This document shows positions 26,907-36,054 of a DNA stretch of 64,000 bases, piece after piece. The notes under the pieces were generated by a model. It made no database searches. It saw nothing but the letters and a program-made list of their open reading frames with translations, and had not been told where the DNA came from. This stretch comes from Capsulimonadaceae bacterium (lineage in GTDB: Bacteria > Armatimonadota > Armatimonadia > Armatimonadales > Capsulimonadaceae), in the NCBI GenBank assembly GCA_965215505.1, contig OZ244065.1, positions 32,001 to 96,000 on the forward strand, given 5' to 3'. Both the position numbers and the translations under genes were made by a program. Numbering within the stretch: the stretch's first letter is position 1; each line of letters starts with the position of its first letter.

Positions 26907-29555
26907 TTACGATCCTGGCGGCCAAACGTGGAAAGGTGGGAAGCTTCCATGGCCAATCTTGCTTAGGAAGCCCTTGAGACGGCTCTGTATGGCTTGGACC
27001 TCGGAATAGCGCTGCTGGAGTACGGCCTGCCCGCGCTCCGTGAGGCTCGCTGGGGGGTTACGCATCTCCGACTCAAGTGCCTCCCTTACGTTATTCAAAG
27101 CTCGGCTGGCGCGCTGCAAGTCCCCGATGTGGCTGAATGGGGTGCCGTCATCTCTGCGTGCTACGACATTACCCTGCGCCTCTTGCCGTGCGGCCCAGTA
27201 GTGATTGTGGCCGGCCTCGCTGTTTGCTTCTCCGACAGGGTCCGCTTTGACATTCTCCAGTGTCTCGATCGCCCTGGCTGCTCGACTGCTCAGGCCGGTC
27301 CCCTGTTCAGGAGGGGGCGTTGGCCCAGCCTCTGTGCCTTCCTCTGCCTCATCGGGGGTAGCGGCTTCCTCTTGTCCGCCTTCGCCGCCCGGACTGTTGC
27401 CCGTCTGCACTACGGGATCGCTCCCGCCCGACTCACTCTCGCCCCCGCCGCCTTGCTCTGGCGGTGCCTCACCCGGCATCCCGCCGTCCCGCTCGCCGAG
27501 TTGCACGAGAGGGTCCCCCTGTGGGGCACTTTCAGCCGCATCACCCGGAGGCGGGGTATCTTTGCCACCCAGACCCTCGGGGCCAGCCCCACCGCCGCCA
27601 GGTTCGTCGGGACCACCTTCTGGGCCGCCGCTAGGTTCGTCGGCCGGAGCGCCGCCTTCGGGTCCGCCGCCGCCTTCGGGTCCGCCCGCAGGCCCTTCGG
27701 GGGGAGCACCGCCACTCCCAGGCCCTTCGGGCGGGGCACCGCCCTCGGGAGTGCGGGTGATGTACCTGCTCGGCACGTCCCCCTTGATCAGCACTTCCCG
27801 GTCGCGCACCGAATTCGCCCGGTCCTGCTGCGCCCGGTCCAGCCGCTCCTGGTTCTTGGGCGTGGGGTTGGCGTCGTAGCGCGCCTGGGCGTCGCTAATG
27901 TAGCCGTCGTGGGCGTTCAGCACGTCCGCGTGGTCGAGGATCTCCACGCCGTCCACTTTGCCGTCGGCGATGTCCTGGCGCAGGCCGCCCCGGTCCAGGG
28001 TGAGCAGGTCGCCGCCGTAGTCTTTGGAGGTGCCGAGCTGGTCGCTGAACGAGGTGTAGGGGCTGTCGCTCTTGGCCGGCTCCGCGCCGCGTACATGCTG
28101 CTGGACGGTGGCCTGGCCGTCGGGGTTGGCCGGGTGCAGGTCGCCGTTCTCGTCGAGGTAGGACTTGCGGGAGCCGGGCTTGCGGCCCTCGGGCGACTCC
28201 GGGGCGCGGTCCTTGCGGTAGATCTTGTCTTCCGGCTTCGTCTGTTCCTCGGGCGGCGTCTCTGCGGGCGCGGCCTCGCCGTCCCCGGCATTCTCCGGTT
28301 CTTCGGGCGGGGCCTCGCCCTCCGAGCCGCCGGGCGAGTCGCCGATCGGCTTTGTCGGGTCGGCCTCGGCGGCAGTCTCGGGGGCGTCGGCGGGGCGTTC
28401 CCCGCCCCCGCCGCCTTCCTCCGCGCCGCCGCCTTTCGTGGCCCCTCCGCTCTCGCCCGTCTCCCCCTCACCCTGCGCTCCGGTGCGCTCCGAAGGCGCG
28501 TTTGCGTCTGAAGGCGAAGCCCCCTCGGCAGCAGGCGCGCGGACTGGCTCAGGCACGGGGGCGGGTTCCGGCGTCGGCCCGGCGGCCGAGTTCGAGTTTC
28601 CCTCTGACCCGCCGCCTGTCCCCTCCGTACCGCCGCTGCCTTCCCCGCTCCCGCCACTGCCCCCCTCATTGGAACCGCCGCCGTCCGAACCGCCTTTGCC
28701 CTCGCCGGCACCGGCTTCCGACTTGCCGCCGTGGTCGAGCAGCGGCAGGAAGGAGGCGACGGTGTTGGCGTCGTCCCGGATCCTTCCCTCGGGGAGCAGG
28801 CTGATGCCCCGGCTGATGGCCTGGCTGAAGAGGACCCCTTTGCCCAATGCCATCGCGCCCGCCTTGAGGCCCATCAGCAGGGTGCCGCCCGCCGCCGCGA
28901 CCGGAATGGCGAGGATCGCGCCGCCGACGAGGGCGGCATAGCCGCCGTACTCGCCGATCTTGTTGAAGAGCGCCTTTTCGGGGTCGTCGCCCTCGCCGGC
29001 CTTGCCGATGGTGTCGCCGCCGATGATGACGCTGGCGCAGCCGTGCCCGATGATGAAGCCGCAGCTCCCCCTGTCGCCGACGCGGGCGGCGTGCTGGCGG
29101 GCCGCGCCCAGCCGGACGCTGACGCTGCCCTGGGTGACGTGTTCCAGGGAGTCGGGCGCGCTGTGCTTGTGCTTATTGCAGGCGACCTTGCTGCCGATGT
29201 GGGCGGCGACGTGGCGCTCGGGTCCGACATGGATGGAGGTTTCCCCGGTGAGGATCGGGCCTTCATCGTCCCCCAGGTGTTCCTGCCCCCGGTCGGCGGC
29301 GCTGTTGGAGACGGCGGCCCCGGTGGCCGCCGCCGTGCCGCCGACGACGAGCGTGGCCCCGACGTAGATGCCCAGGAGGGCGATGGGAGTCGCCGTGCCC
29401 GCCGACAGCACTTCCAGGGCGCCGGAGGCGGCCACGAGGGCGCAGCCGATGCCGATGCCGATGACCGCCCCGATGCCCATGCCGATGCGGCGGTAGGTCT
29501 GGGCCTCGCTGTGTTTTACCTGGTCGCTGACGCGAGCCGCTTGGGCGTTTGGCAT
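26907..29555 (-). CDS. prePAAR-TMD-PAAR-TMD polymorphic toxin with ART-like and Ntox28-like domains
   Basis: AARVSDQVKHS prePAAR; TM hairpin; PAAR (AAHIGSKVACNKH...AARVGDRGSCG...GCASVIIG); second TM region; G/E/P linkers; YR..TSFS..RDREVLIKG (27753-28226); AARQEAQGNVVARRDDGTPFSHI (26907-27293). Confidence 0.88.
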   Translation of the reverse strand: MPNAQAARVSDQVKHSEAQTYRRIGMGIGAVIGIGIGCALVAASGALEVLSAGTATPIALLGIYVGATLVVGGTAAATGAAVSNSAADRGQEHLGDDEGPILTGETSIHVGPERHVAAHIGSKVACNKHKHSAPDSLEHVTQGSVSVRLGAARQHAARVGDRGSCGFIIGHGCASVIIGGDTIGKAGEGDDPEKALFNKIGEYGGYAALVGGAILAIPVAAAGGTLLMGLKAGAMALGKGVLFSQAISRGISLLPEGRIRDDANTVASFLPLLDHGGKSEAGAGEGKGGSDGGGSNEGGSGGSGEGSGGTEGTGGGSEGNSNSAAGPTPEPAPVPEPVRAPAAEGASPSDANAPSERTGAQGEGETGESGGATKGGGAEEGGGGGERPADAPETAAEADPTKPIGDSPGGSEGEAPPEEPENAGDGEAAPAETPPEEQTKPEDKIYRKDRAPESPEGRKPGSRKSYLDENGDLHPANPDGQATVQQHVRGAEPAKSDSPYTSFSDQLGTSKDYGGDLLTLDRGGLRQDIADGKVDGVEILDHADVLNAHDGYISDAQARYDANPTPKNQERLDRAQQDRANSVRDREVLIKGDVPSRYITRTPEGGAPPEGPGSGGAPPEGPAGGPEGGGGPEGGAPADEPSGGPEGGPDEPGGGGAGPEGLGGKDTPPPGDAAESAPQGDPLVQLGERDGGMPGEAPPEQGGGGESESGGSDPVVQTGNSPGGEGGQEEAATPDEAEEGTEAGPTPPPEQGTGLSSRAARAIETLENVKADPVGEANSEAGHNHYWAARQEAQGNVVARRDDGTPFSHIGDLQRASRALNNVREALESEMRNPPASLTERGQAVLQQRYSEVQAIQSRLKGFLSKIGHGSFPPFHVWPPGS

Positions 29556-29575
29556 GATGGTGGTACCCCGCCGGG

Positions 29576-30340
29576 TCAGCCGGCGGCGCTCGGGGGCACC
29601 CCAAGCCGCGCCAGCGCGCGGCGGGCCTCCTCAGACACGGCCCGGTCTCCCGAGCGTGCATACTGCTCCAGTCGGCGGCGGCTGTCCGGGCCGGGCAGAA
29701 AGCCCAGGGCCTCGGCGACGTTCGAGAGCGGGTCGGGCCGGCGCGGGTCGCGCGGGGCGGCGACGATCCGCGCCAGCAGCGGGCGGACGGCCTCCCCCTC
29801 CCACCTGGCGAGCGGCGGCAGGAGCTGGGAGGCGAGGTAAACGTCGCCCCGCGCGAAAGCCCGCTCCAGGGCCTCCCGCACGTCCGGGGCGAGTTCCGGG
29901 AAGTCCATCCGCAGCAGGGCGCGCTTCAGCCTGGACTCGAAGCCGCAGGGGCCGTAGAGCGCCAGGATCTTCCGGAAGACGCGCACGCGGTCCTCGCGGT
30001 GGTCCACCGACGAAAGCCCGAACAGGTAGACGGCCTCCGCCAGCTCATCGTAGACGTTGTCATAGTCGTAGATGCGGTGCGGCGCGAACTCCATCTGCCG
30101 GTCAACGCGCGCGTCCACGAACTCCTCGACTTTGGACAGCCCGGCCGGGTCGCCCCAGGCGGTCAGGACGAGGGCGGCCTGATAGGCGAGGTACAAGTCT
30201 CCGTCACCGAGCAGGGCGCGCACTGGGCCGATGCGTTCTGCGGGGACGGGGTCCAGGAGCTGGACTTCGTCCAGGCCGACGACCCGGCCGTCCTCGTCCT
30301 GGTAGAGTAGGCGCTGGATGTCTTCCGAATAGGCAGTCAT
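29576..30340 (-). CDS. Helical (HEAT-like) protein, candidate immunity for the upstream toxin domain
   Basis: AYQAALVLTAWG, PHRIYDYDNVYDELA, EALGFL...EEARRALARL; lies between the chaperone and the effector. Confidence 0.65.
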   Translation of the reverse strand: MTAYSEDIQRLLYQDEDGRVVGLDEVQLLDPVPAERIGPVRALLGDGDLYLAYQAALVLTAWGDPAGLSKVEEFVDARVDRQMEFAPHRIYDYDNVYDELAEAVYLFGLSSVDHREDRVRVFRKILALYGPCGFESRLKRALLRMDFPELAPDVREALERAFARGDVYLASQLLPPLARWEGEAVRPLLARIVAAPRDPRRPDPLSNVAEALGFLPGPDSRRRLEQYARSGDRAVSEEARRALARLGVPPSAAG

Positions 30341-30786
30341 GTGTTGAGTTTCATCGTGATGAGCGCCTGCTCCAAGACGGGGCGGTGCTTCGCGTACAGC
30401 GTGTCCAGGGCGGTGCCGGTGACGCTGACGACGAGGTCGCCGTGGCGGAAGTGCGTCTGCTGCTGGCGCATCAGGGCGTCCTCAGAGCGCCAGGTGAAGT
30501 CCACCTGCTCGGCGGGCAGGTTGTCTACCGTCGTGGGGCGGCGCGACAGCAGCCGGAACTCCGGCAGCATCCCCTCGGCGGCCTGGATCTGCCGCGTGAC
30601 GTAGGCGGGGAGCGTATCGCCAGCGACCACCGGCGCGCGGGTGATGACCAGGCTGAATTCGCCCTTCTCGTCGGGGTCCACCGGGTCCAGCGGTCCGCCC
30701 GCCGGGACGACGAAGGCGTTGACGGTCCGGTCCACGGTCCGGGCGGGAATGACGAAGCGGACCTCGTTGGTATAATAGGTTTTCAT
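30337..30786 (-). CDS. DUF1795/DcrB-like Eag effector chaperone
   Basis: YYTNEVRFVIP..VDRTVNAF, FSLVITRA, YVTRQI, VDFTW, MRQQQ; lies between vgrG and the prePAAR effector. Confidence 0.85.
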   Translation of the reverse strand: MKTYYTNEVRFVIPARTVDRTVNAFVVPAGGPLDPVDPDEKGEFSLVITRAPVVAGDTLPAYVTRQIQAAEGMLPEFRLLSRRPTTVDNLPAEQVDFTWRSEDALMRQQQTHFRHGDLVVSVTGTALDTLYAKHRPVLEQALITMKLNT

Positions 30787-30801
30787 AGACTGTCTTCCGC
30801 G

Positions 30802-32745
30802 CTAGGAGAACGGCGTGTGGAAGGTCGGGGCCGGCGGCGCCTTCGGCGGGGCCGGGATGACCGGCGGGCTGGTCGGCGGCACGGGCGGCAGGGCGCCGGT
30901 GTTGATGTCCACCACGGCGGCATCAATGTGCAGCTCCGTTTTCGCCCCCACCTGCGTCGTGACCCCGCCGACCTGCATCTGTTTGCCGGAGCCGATGTCC
31001 ATGTTGAGGTTGGAGGCCAGCCGGGCGTTCGTCTCCGTGGCCACCGTCAGGTCGTTCTTGGAGAAGATACCCATCTTCTGGCCGGCCACGATCTGCAAGT
31101 CCTGGGCGGCGGTGATGCTGACGGTCTTGCCGGAGAGTTGCAGGTCGCTGGCGGCGCTGATGACGATCCGGTCGCTGACGATGTGGACCTGGCCGTCGGA
31201 GCCGATGTTGATGATGTTGTTGGAGTTCAGGTACAGCCGGCTGAAGTTGCCGTGACGCTCCATGTGCAGCACGTCCTTGGCGTGGCTGCCGTTGATCACC
31301 GTGACCGAGTTGTGGCTCGCGCCCACCTCGGTCGCCATCATGATCTTGTTCTTCGTTTCCAGCCGGACGTTACTGAGCTGACCCAGGGAGTGCATCGCGA
31401 TGGCGTTGCCTTCGGGCGTGCGCCAGCGCTTGGTGCGCTTCTGGTTGTGGGCGTCGGGCACGCCGCCCTCGCGGATGCCGCCGATCACGACCGCTTCCGA
31501 GTCCCAGTCGCCGAGGAACTCGACCAGGACGCGCTCGCCGACCTCGGGGATCGAGTAGAAACCGGTGTACCCGGTGGACTTTGCCCCGCCCGCCCCGCCG
31601 CCGTAGGGGGTCAGCGTGTGCAGCCAGGCGCGCTGGCTCGAGGGCTGGGGGTCCAGGTGTTCCCACTCGAACTCCACCTGGATTCGGCCCTGGTGCAGCG
31701 GGTCGTGTTCGTTGGCCGTCACATGCGCCCATAGGGCGCGGGACGACCACTGCGGGCGCGGGCGCTCCGGCGCGAGCGGCAGGGTCATCGGCTGGAGCCG
31801 GAACTCCTGGGTCGCGGTCGTCTGCTGCGGGCTGCCGGTGACCAGGATGTCACGGATCAGGTGCTGCTGGCCCTCGAACACGACCACGTCGCCGGGGGAG
31901 AACGGCAGGACCGCCCCTTCCAGGGTGAGGTGGTAGCCGCTGGTGTCCACGCGCGAGGTGGCCTCGCTGACCTTCTTGTTGATAGCGGGCGCGTCCGGAA
32001 TACTGTAGTACATGGCGGCCAGCCGCGAGAGCTGGGCGTTATGGGCCGCCACCTGGGCGCTGACCACGCCGGCGGGGCCGCCGCCCGCCCCGGCGAGATA
32101 CGGCAGGGCCTGGAGCGTCCCTTCGAACTCGATCTCCGTCCACCCGAAGGTCTCGTCCGGCAGGGGGGAGGAAGGCTCGGTCCCGCGCGCCCCCAGGACC
32201 ACCTGACCGGTCCGGTCGCGCAGGGCCATCGGCACCCCCCAGGCGTGCAGCATGCGGCTGAGATAGGCGAAGTTCGTCTCGCCGTGCTGGACGCTGAGGG
32301 TGATCGGGATGTCAAGGTCTGCGGCCTGGTCTATCTTGATCAGGGGGTCGGACTTCGCGATGTGTTCGGCGATCTCCAGCAGGGTGGTGGCCTGGAAGGT
32401 GCGGTAGCGCGGGATGAGGTCGGCGCGCTTGGTGAAGGAGACGCAGGAAAGAAGCAGGGAAGACGTGGAGGCGTTCCGCCGCCCGCGCACGTCCTCGATG
32501 TAGCCGCGGAAGCCGTTAAAATGCTCCGCCAGGTCGTTGTCCTTCCACTGGATGTCGATCGGGCAGTTGAGGAGCTTGCCGGCCACGAAAGCCGTCTGCC
32601 GGTCCTCGTACCGGCTGCCCTCCTGCCACTTCAACGTCAGCTCGGCGCGCGAGTGGTCGTAGAGGGGCCGCGAGATCACCACCTCGGTCAGCAGGTGCCG
32701 ACTCGACAACTCCTCCGCGCCGACGATCTGGATCTGAAAAGCCAT
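30802..32745 (-). CDS. vgrG: VgrG-like spike protein (gp27-gp5)
   Basis: VQHGETNFAYLSRM, VTANEHDPLHQGRIQVEFEW, YSIPEVGERVLVEF (OB fold), WRTPEGN, C-terminal beta-helix repeats. Confidence 0.9.
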   Translation of the reverse strand: MAFQIQIVGAEELSSRHLLTEVVISRPLYDHSRAELTLKWQEGSRYEDRQTAFVAGKLLNCPIDIQWKDNDLAEHFNGFRGYIEDVRGRRNASTSSLLLSCVSFTKRADLIPRYRTFQATTLLEIAEHIAKSDPLIKIDQAADLDIPITLSVQHGETNFAYLSRMLHAWGVPMALRDRTGQVVLGARGTEPSSPLPDETFGWTEIEFEGTLQALPYLAGAGGGPAGVVSAQVAAHNAQLSRLAAMYYSIPDAPAINKKVSEATSRVDTSGYHLTLEGAVLPFSPGDVVVFEGQQHLIRDILVTGSPQQTTATQEFRLQPMTLPLAPERPRPQWSSRALWAHVTANEHDPLHQGRIQVEFEWEHLDPQPSSQRAWLHTLTPYGGGAGGAKSTGYTGFYSIPEVGERVLVEFLGDWDSEAVVIGGIREGGVPDAHNQKRTKRWRTPEGNAIAMHSLGQLSNVRLETKNKIMMATEVGASHNSVTVINGSHAKDVLHMERHGNFSRLYLNSNNIINIGSDGQVHIVSDRIVISAASDLQLSGKTVSITAAQDLQIVAGQKMGIFSKNDLTVATETNARLASNLNMDIGSGKQMQVGGVTTQVGAKTELHIDAAVVDINTGALPPVPPTSPPVIPAPPKAPPAPTFHTPFS

Positions 32746-32775
32746 AGTGTAGTGCCTCCGGGCGGTCGGCGACGC

Positions 32776-35460
32776 CTAGCGCGTCGTCGCCAGGTGCCCG
32801 ACGTTCGACGTCAGGGAAAAGCTCTGTGCCGCTCGTGGGTAGGCGTGCTGCGCGCCGTAAGTCACGGTGTAATCGTGTGTCCCGCTGGGGAAGCGGTAGG
32901 AGTGGTTCAGAATCACCTCCTCGCTCACGGTGGTCCCTGGTGCCAGCGTGATGAACTGGCGCGGGCCGGGGTCGGCGGGGCGCTGGGACCGATGCCCGGT
33001 GAACGGGAGGAGCTGGCCGTCCGCCCGGATCTGGAACACGTCATCCCCGATCTTGCCGCTCGCGCACGCGCTGATCTTGTCGAGGAACACGGGATGTCCC
33101 GAGACGTTGGCGAACGTCAGCACGGCATGAACGTCTTTGCCCTGGGGCGTGACGGCAAGCCCGACGGTCGCCGGGATGGTCACGAGCGTCGGGGCCAGCG
33201 TCGTGGTCTGGCCGCTCTCGCCACTGGAACGGCCCCCCACCTTGCTCTGAACGCGGTAGTGATAGAGGCCGCCTGGAGTAACGGTCGTGTCTGAAAAAAA
33301 GTTGTTGCGCGTTGACTGGGGCCATTTCCCCCCGCCGGAACCGCCGCTGCGGTACAGGAGGTACACGGCGCCGTTCGGCACGCTGTCCCAATGCACGTTG
33401 ATCTGGGTCGGCCCGGCCGGCTGGGCCACCAGCCCCGTCGGGGTGGGGGGCGGCAGAACGGGCACCTTGACCGCCGCGACGGGGGGCAGAGGCGGCGTCG
33501 GCGTCGGCGGCCTGTCGCTCGTCGTCGGCGGCGATGTCGGAGCCGGGCGGGGCGTGACGGGTGGCTGTGGCGGCACAATCACCGGGGGGGTCACGGCGGC
33601 CGCCGTCCTGCCGGATGACGCCGCTGACCCTGATGCCCCCGCGCTCGTGGCCGCCGCTGCCGCCTGGGCCTGCTTCCTCTTGTCCGCCTCGTCTTGCCTT
33701 GACTTCGCCCGCGCCTCGGCCCTCGCCGCCGCCGCGATCTGCTCCGGAGTCAGCGTCAGCGTCTCGGGGAACGAGAGCGCATCGGGGAAGGTGAAGGCCC
33801 CCTTCTGGCGTCTCACGGGCAGGGACACGCCGGAGTCATTGCTCTTCTGCTGCAAGGCGGTCGCGCTCAGGATGAGAGTTTCGGTCTTCCCCTGCGGGAC
33901 CTGATCCGTGACATCCAGCTTGACGGGTTCATAGGCGTTGTGGCGGTCCCGGTAGACGGGGCAGATGCGCGTGTGCTGTTGGCCGTCGAGCAGATAGTTG
34001 ACCGTCAGGAACTTGATGTCCTTTCCCCGCAGGCCGCCGAGGTCGCCGATGTTTATCAGCACCAGCGCGCCCGGCGACCGGGCGACTTTGATCGTCTGCT
34101 GGACCTTCCATTCGTCGCGCAGGCCGGCGACTTTGGTGATGTTCAGGTAGGCGGCGTCGGACATCGCGGGGAAGGTGTAGCTGCTGAACTCCGGCTCTTT
34201 GCCCGCCTTAGGCGCGAGGCTGAGCTGGTAGCGCTGGTGGGCGCGGCCCGGCCAGCTCCAGCCGATGGGCCAGCGGTATCCATAAAGGCGGGCCGGCCCC
34301 TTGAAGACGAGCTGGCTGCCGTTGAAGGACCCGACGATCGGCTGCTGACCGGCGAGCGGCGTGTTGTCCTCGTCCAGAAGTGTCATCGTCGGGTCCAGGT
34401 CCCGCAGGTCCACGCCGTCCGGGAGCTGCCCGGCCTCCAGGCCTTCGAAGGCGGGCGTCACCACGATCACCGGATGCTTTTCGGAGGGGACGCCCCAGAC
34501 CAGCCAGAATAGGAACAGCAGGATGCCGAGCAGGGCCACCCAGTCGCGCCCCATGCGGAGCCAGGGGACGTAGCGGACGCGGACCGGGCGGGCCAGGGCG
34601 AGCGGGGTGCTGACGCTGCCGGCGGCTTGGGCCGCGCCGCGCACGGTGGCGTAGTAGGAGCCGCGGTGGGCGGGGGGCGGCAGCAGGCACTGCCAGACGC
34701 CCGGAGTCCGCGCCGTGAGGGCCTGCTGGATGTCGCCGACGGTTTCGGCGTCCCGTTCCAGGGCGTCCTTGGTCGGCGCGCGCAGGATGGTCATCCCGAC
34801 GGTGGGGGGCAAAAAACTCTTGTTGGCGAGCCGGACGGCGAAGCGCGCCTCGCGCCGCCACGGGCGGGTGACGACGAAGGGGGGGACTGCGGTGATCTGG
34901 AGGTCGCTTTCGGTCGGCAGTCCGACCCAGCGCAGGGGTAGGTCCTGGACGATCTCGCCGGGGTCGCCGGTGCGGCGCGGGTCGAAGCAGGTCAGGACGA
35001 AGCCGAAGGCCTGCGTCTTCCGCTTCTCGCCGGTAGGGGGCGGCACGAAGACCACCTCGAACGATGCTTCCTCGCCCGGCTGGAGCAGGATGCCGCCCTC
35101 GCGCTGCGGGGTGCCGCCGAGTGGCGGGCGGCGGATGTAGAAGGCCGGGTTCAGGTCGGTCACGGTCAGGTCGAAACGGTACGCTATCGGCTCGGGGTTG
35201 CCCACATGGATGGTTTCGACCTTGCCGGGCCAGACCAGGTCGCGGTCGGTAATGCGCGACTGCTTCGAGTCCGGCGTCTCCTCGGCGTCCGCCGAAGCCA
35301 GCGGCTTGCCCGGCGTGAAGGACACCGAGGCCTCCCCGCCGGATTCCATGTCCTCGTCCGCCCCGCCGCCCCCGCCGCCGGAACCGTAGCCGCCCGCAAA
35401 GCCTGAGAGGCCCGACAGACCGGGGATGAAGCCCAGGAAACTTAGAAATCGTCCAAACAT
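32776..35460 (-). CDS. Large bitopic membrane protein (Ig-like N-terminus, TM, Pro-rich linker, FN3 and C-terminal Ig-like domain)
   Basis: TM WVALLGILLFLFWLVWG; PTPTGLVAQPAGPTQINVHWDSV..YLLYRS..FSDTTVTPGGLYHYRVQS FN3. Confidence 0.8.
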   Translation of the reverse strand: MFGRFLSFLGFIPGLSGLSGFAGGYGSGGGGGGADEDMESGGEASVSFTPGKPLASADAEETPDSKQSRITDRDLVWPGKVETIHVGNPEPIAYRFDLTVTDLNPAFYIRRPPLGGTPQREGGILLQPGEEASFEVVFVPPPTGEKRKTQAFGFVLTCFDPRRTGDPGEIVQDLPLRWVGLPTESDLQITAVPPFVVTRPWRREARFAVRLANKSFLPPTVGMTILRAPTKDALERDAETVGDIQQALTARTPGVWQCLLPPPAHRGSYYATVRGAAQAAGSVSTPLALARPVRVRYVPWLRMGRDWVALLGILLFLFWLVWGVPSEKHPVIVVTPAFEGLEAGQLPDGVDLRDLDPTMTLLDEDNTPLAGQQPIVGSFNGSQLVFKGPARLYGYRWPIGWSWPGRAHQRYQLSLAPKAGKEPEFSSYTFPAMSDAAYLNITKVAGLRDEWKVQQTIKVARSPGALVLINIGDLGGLRGKDIKFLTVNYLLDGQQHTRICPVYRDRHNAYEPVKLDVTDQVPQGKTETLILSATALQQKSNDSGVSLPVRRQKGAFTFPDALSFPETLTLTPEQIAAAARAEARAKSRQDEADKRKQAQAAAAATSAGASGSAASSGRTAAAVTPPVIVPPQPPVTPRPAPTSPPTTSDRPPTPTPPLPPVAAVKVPVLPPPTPTGLVAQPAGPTQINVHWDSVPNGAVYLLYRSGGSGGGKWPQSTRNNFFSDTTVTPGGLYHYRVQSKVGGRSSGESGQTTTLAPTLVTIPATVGLAVTPQGKDVHAVLTFANVSGHPVFLDKISACASGKIGDDVFQIRADGQLLPFTGHRSQRPADPGPRQFITLAPGTTVSEEVILNHSYRFPSGTHDYTVTYGAQHAYPRAAQSFSLTSNVGHLATTR

Positions 35461-35514
35461 GTGTTGTTTCGTTCCACTCCTTGCGGAGTAAGACTCTCTG
35501 AGATTGGCCGCGCT

Positions 35515-35979
35515 TCAATGCGCCGACGGTCGTTTGACGTGGCTCGGGTTCGGTCGGTTCAAATGGAATTCGACGGTATACGGGATCGTGGAGTGCGGCC
35601 ACGGGTTGATCAGCCGCGTCTCGGTGTGGCCCTGCCACTGGAAGATCAGCCACAGCCGCTCCCCCGGAAACCGCGAGATCGGCGTCAGCCCCTTCGGGTC
35701 TATGGACAGCTTCCCCTGATCGCTCTCCGGCACCGCGCGGTCGCCGATCCCGCCTGTGGAAATAGAGGCGGGGACGAGGGCCTGCGTGCCGTCCGAGTAG
35801 ACCTCGATGGCTTGCAGGTTCACCTGCACGCGCTGGGCCGATGGGGCCGGCTTGACAGGATGCCGCTTGTGGGACAGAGCGCCCAGGACAACGCCGACCA
35901 GAGCCGCCCCGAGAAAAACGGCGAGCCACTTTGCGAAGAAGCGCGCGGGCCAACATGTGGACGCGAAGAGGGAAGCCAT
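35515..35979 (-). CDS. Hypothetical single-TM protein in the injection-system operon
   Basis: N-terminal TM (WLAVFLGAALVGVVLGAL) followed by a beta-rich domain; co-oriented. Confidence 0.6.
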   Translation of the reverse strand: MASLFASTCWPARFFAKWLAVFLGAALVGVVLGALSHKRHPVKPAPSAQRVQVNLQAIEVYSDGTQALVPASISTGGIGDRAVPESDQGKLSIDPKGLTPISRFPGERLWLIFQWQGHTETRLINPWPHSTIPYTVEFHLNRPNPSHVKRPSAH

Positions 35980-36054
35980 AAGCTCTGGTTCATCCTGAGA
36001 GGTGGTCGGTATGCCTCAGACAAGGCCTTGTGAGGTCGTTTGCGCCACATGAGA

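Noticed and set aside
29554-31734. 726-aa plus-strand ORF and similar long antisense ORFs (22453-24291, 44552-46873, 47090-49246, 50668-52827)
   Set aside because: Shadows of well-supported genes on the opposite strand.
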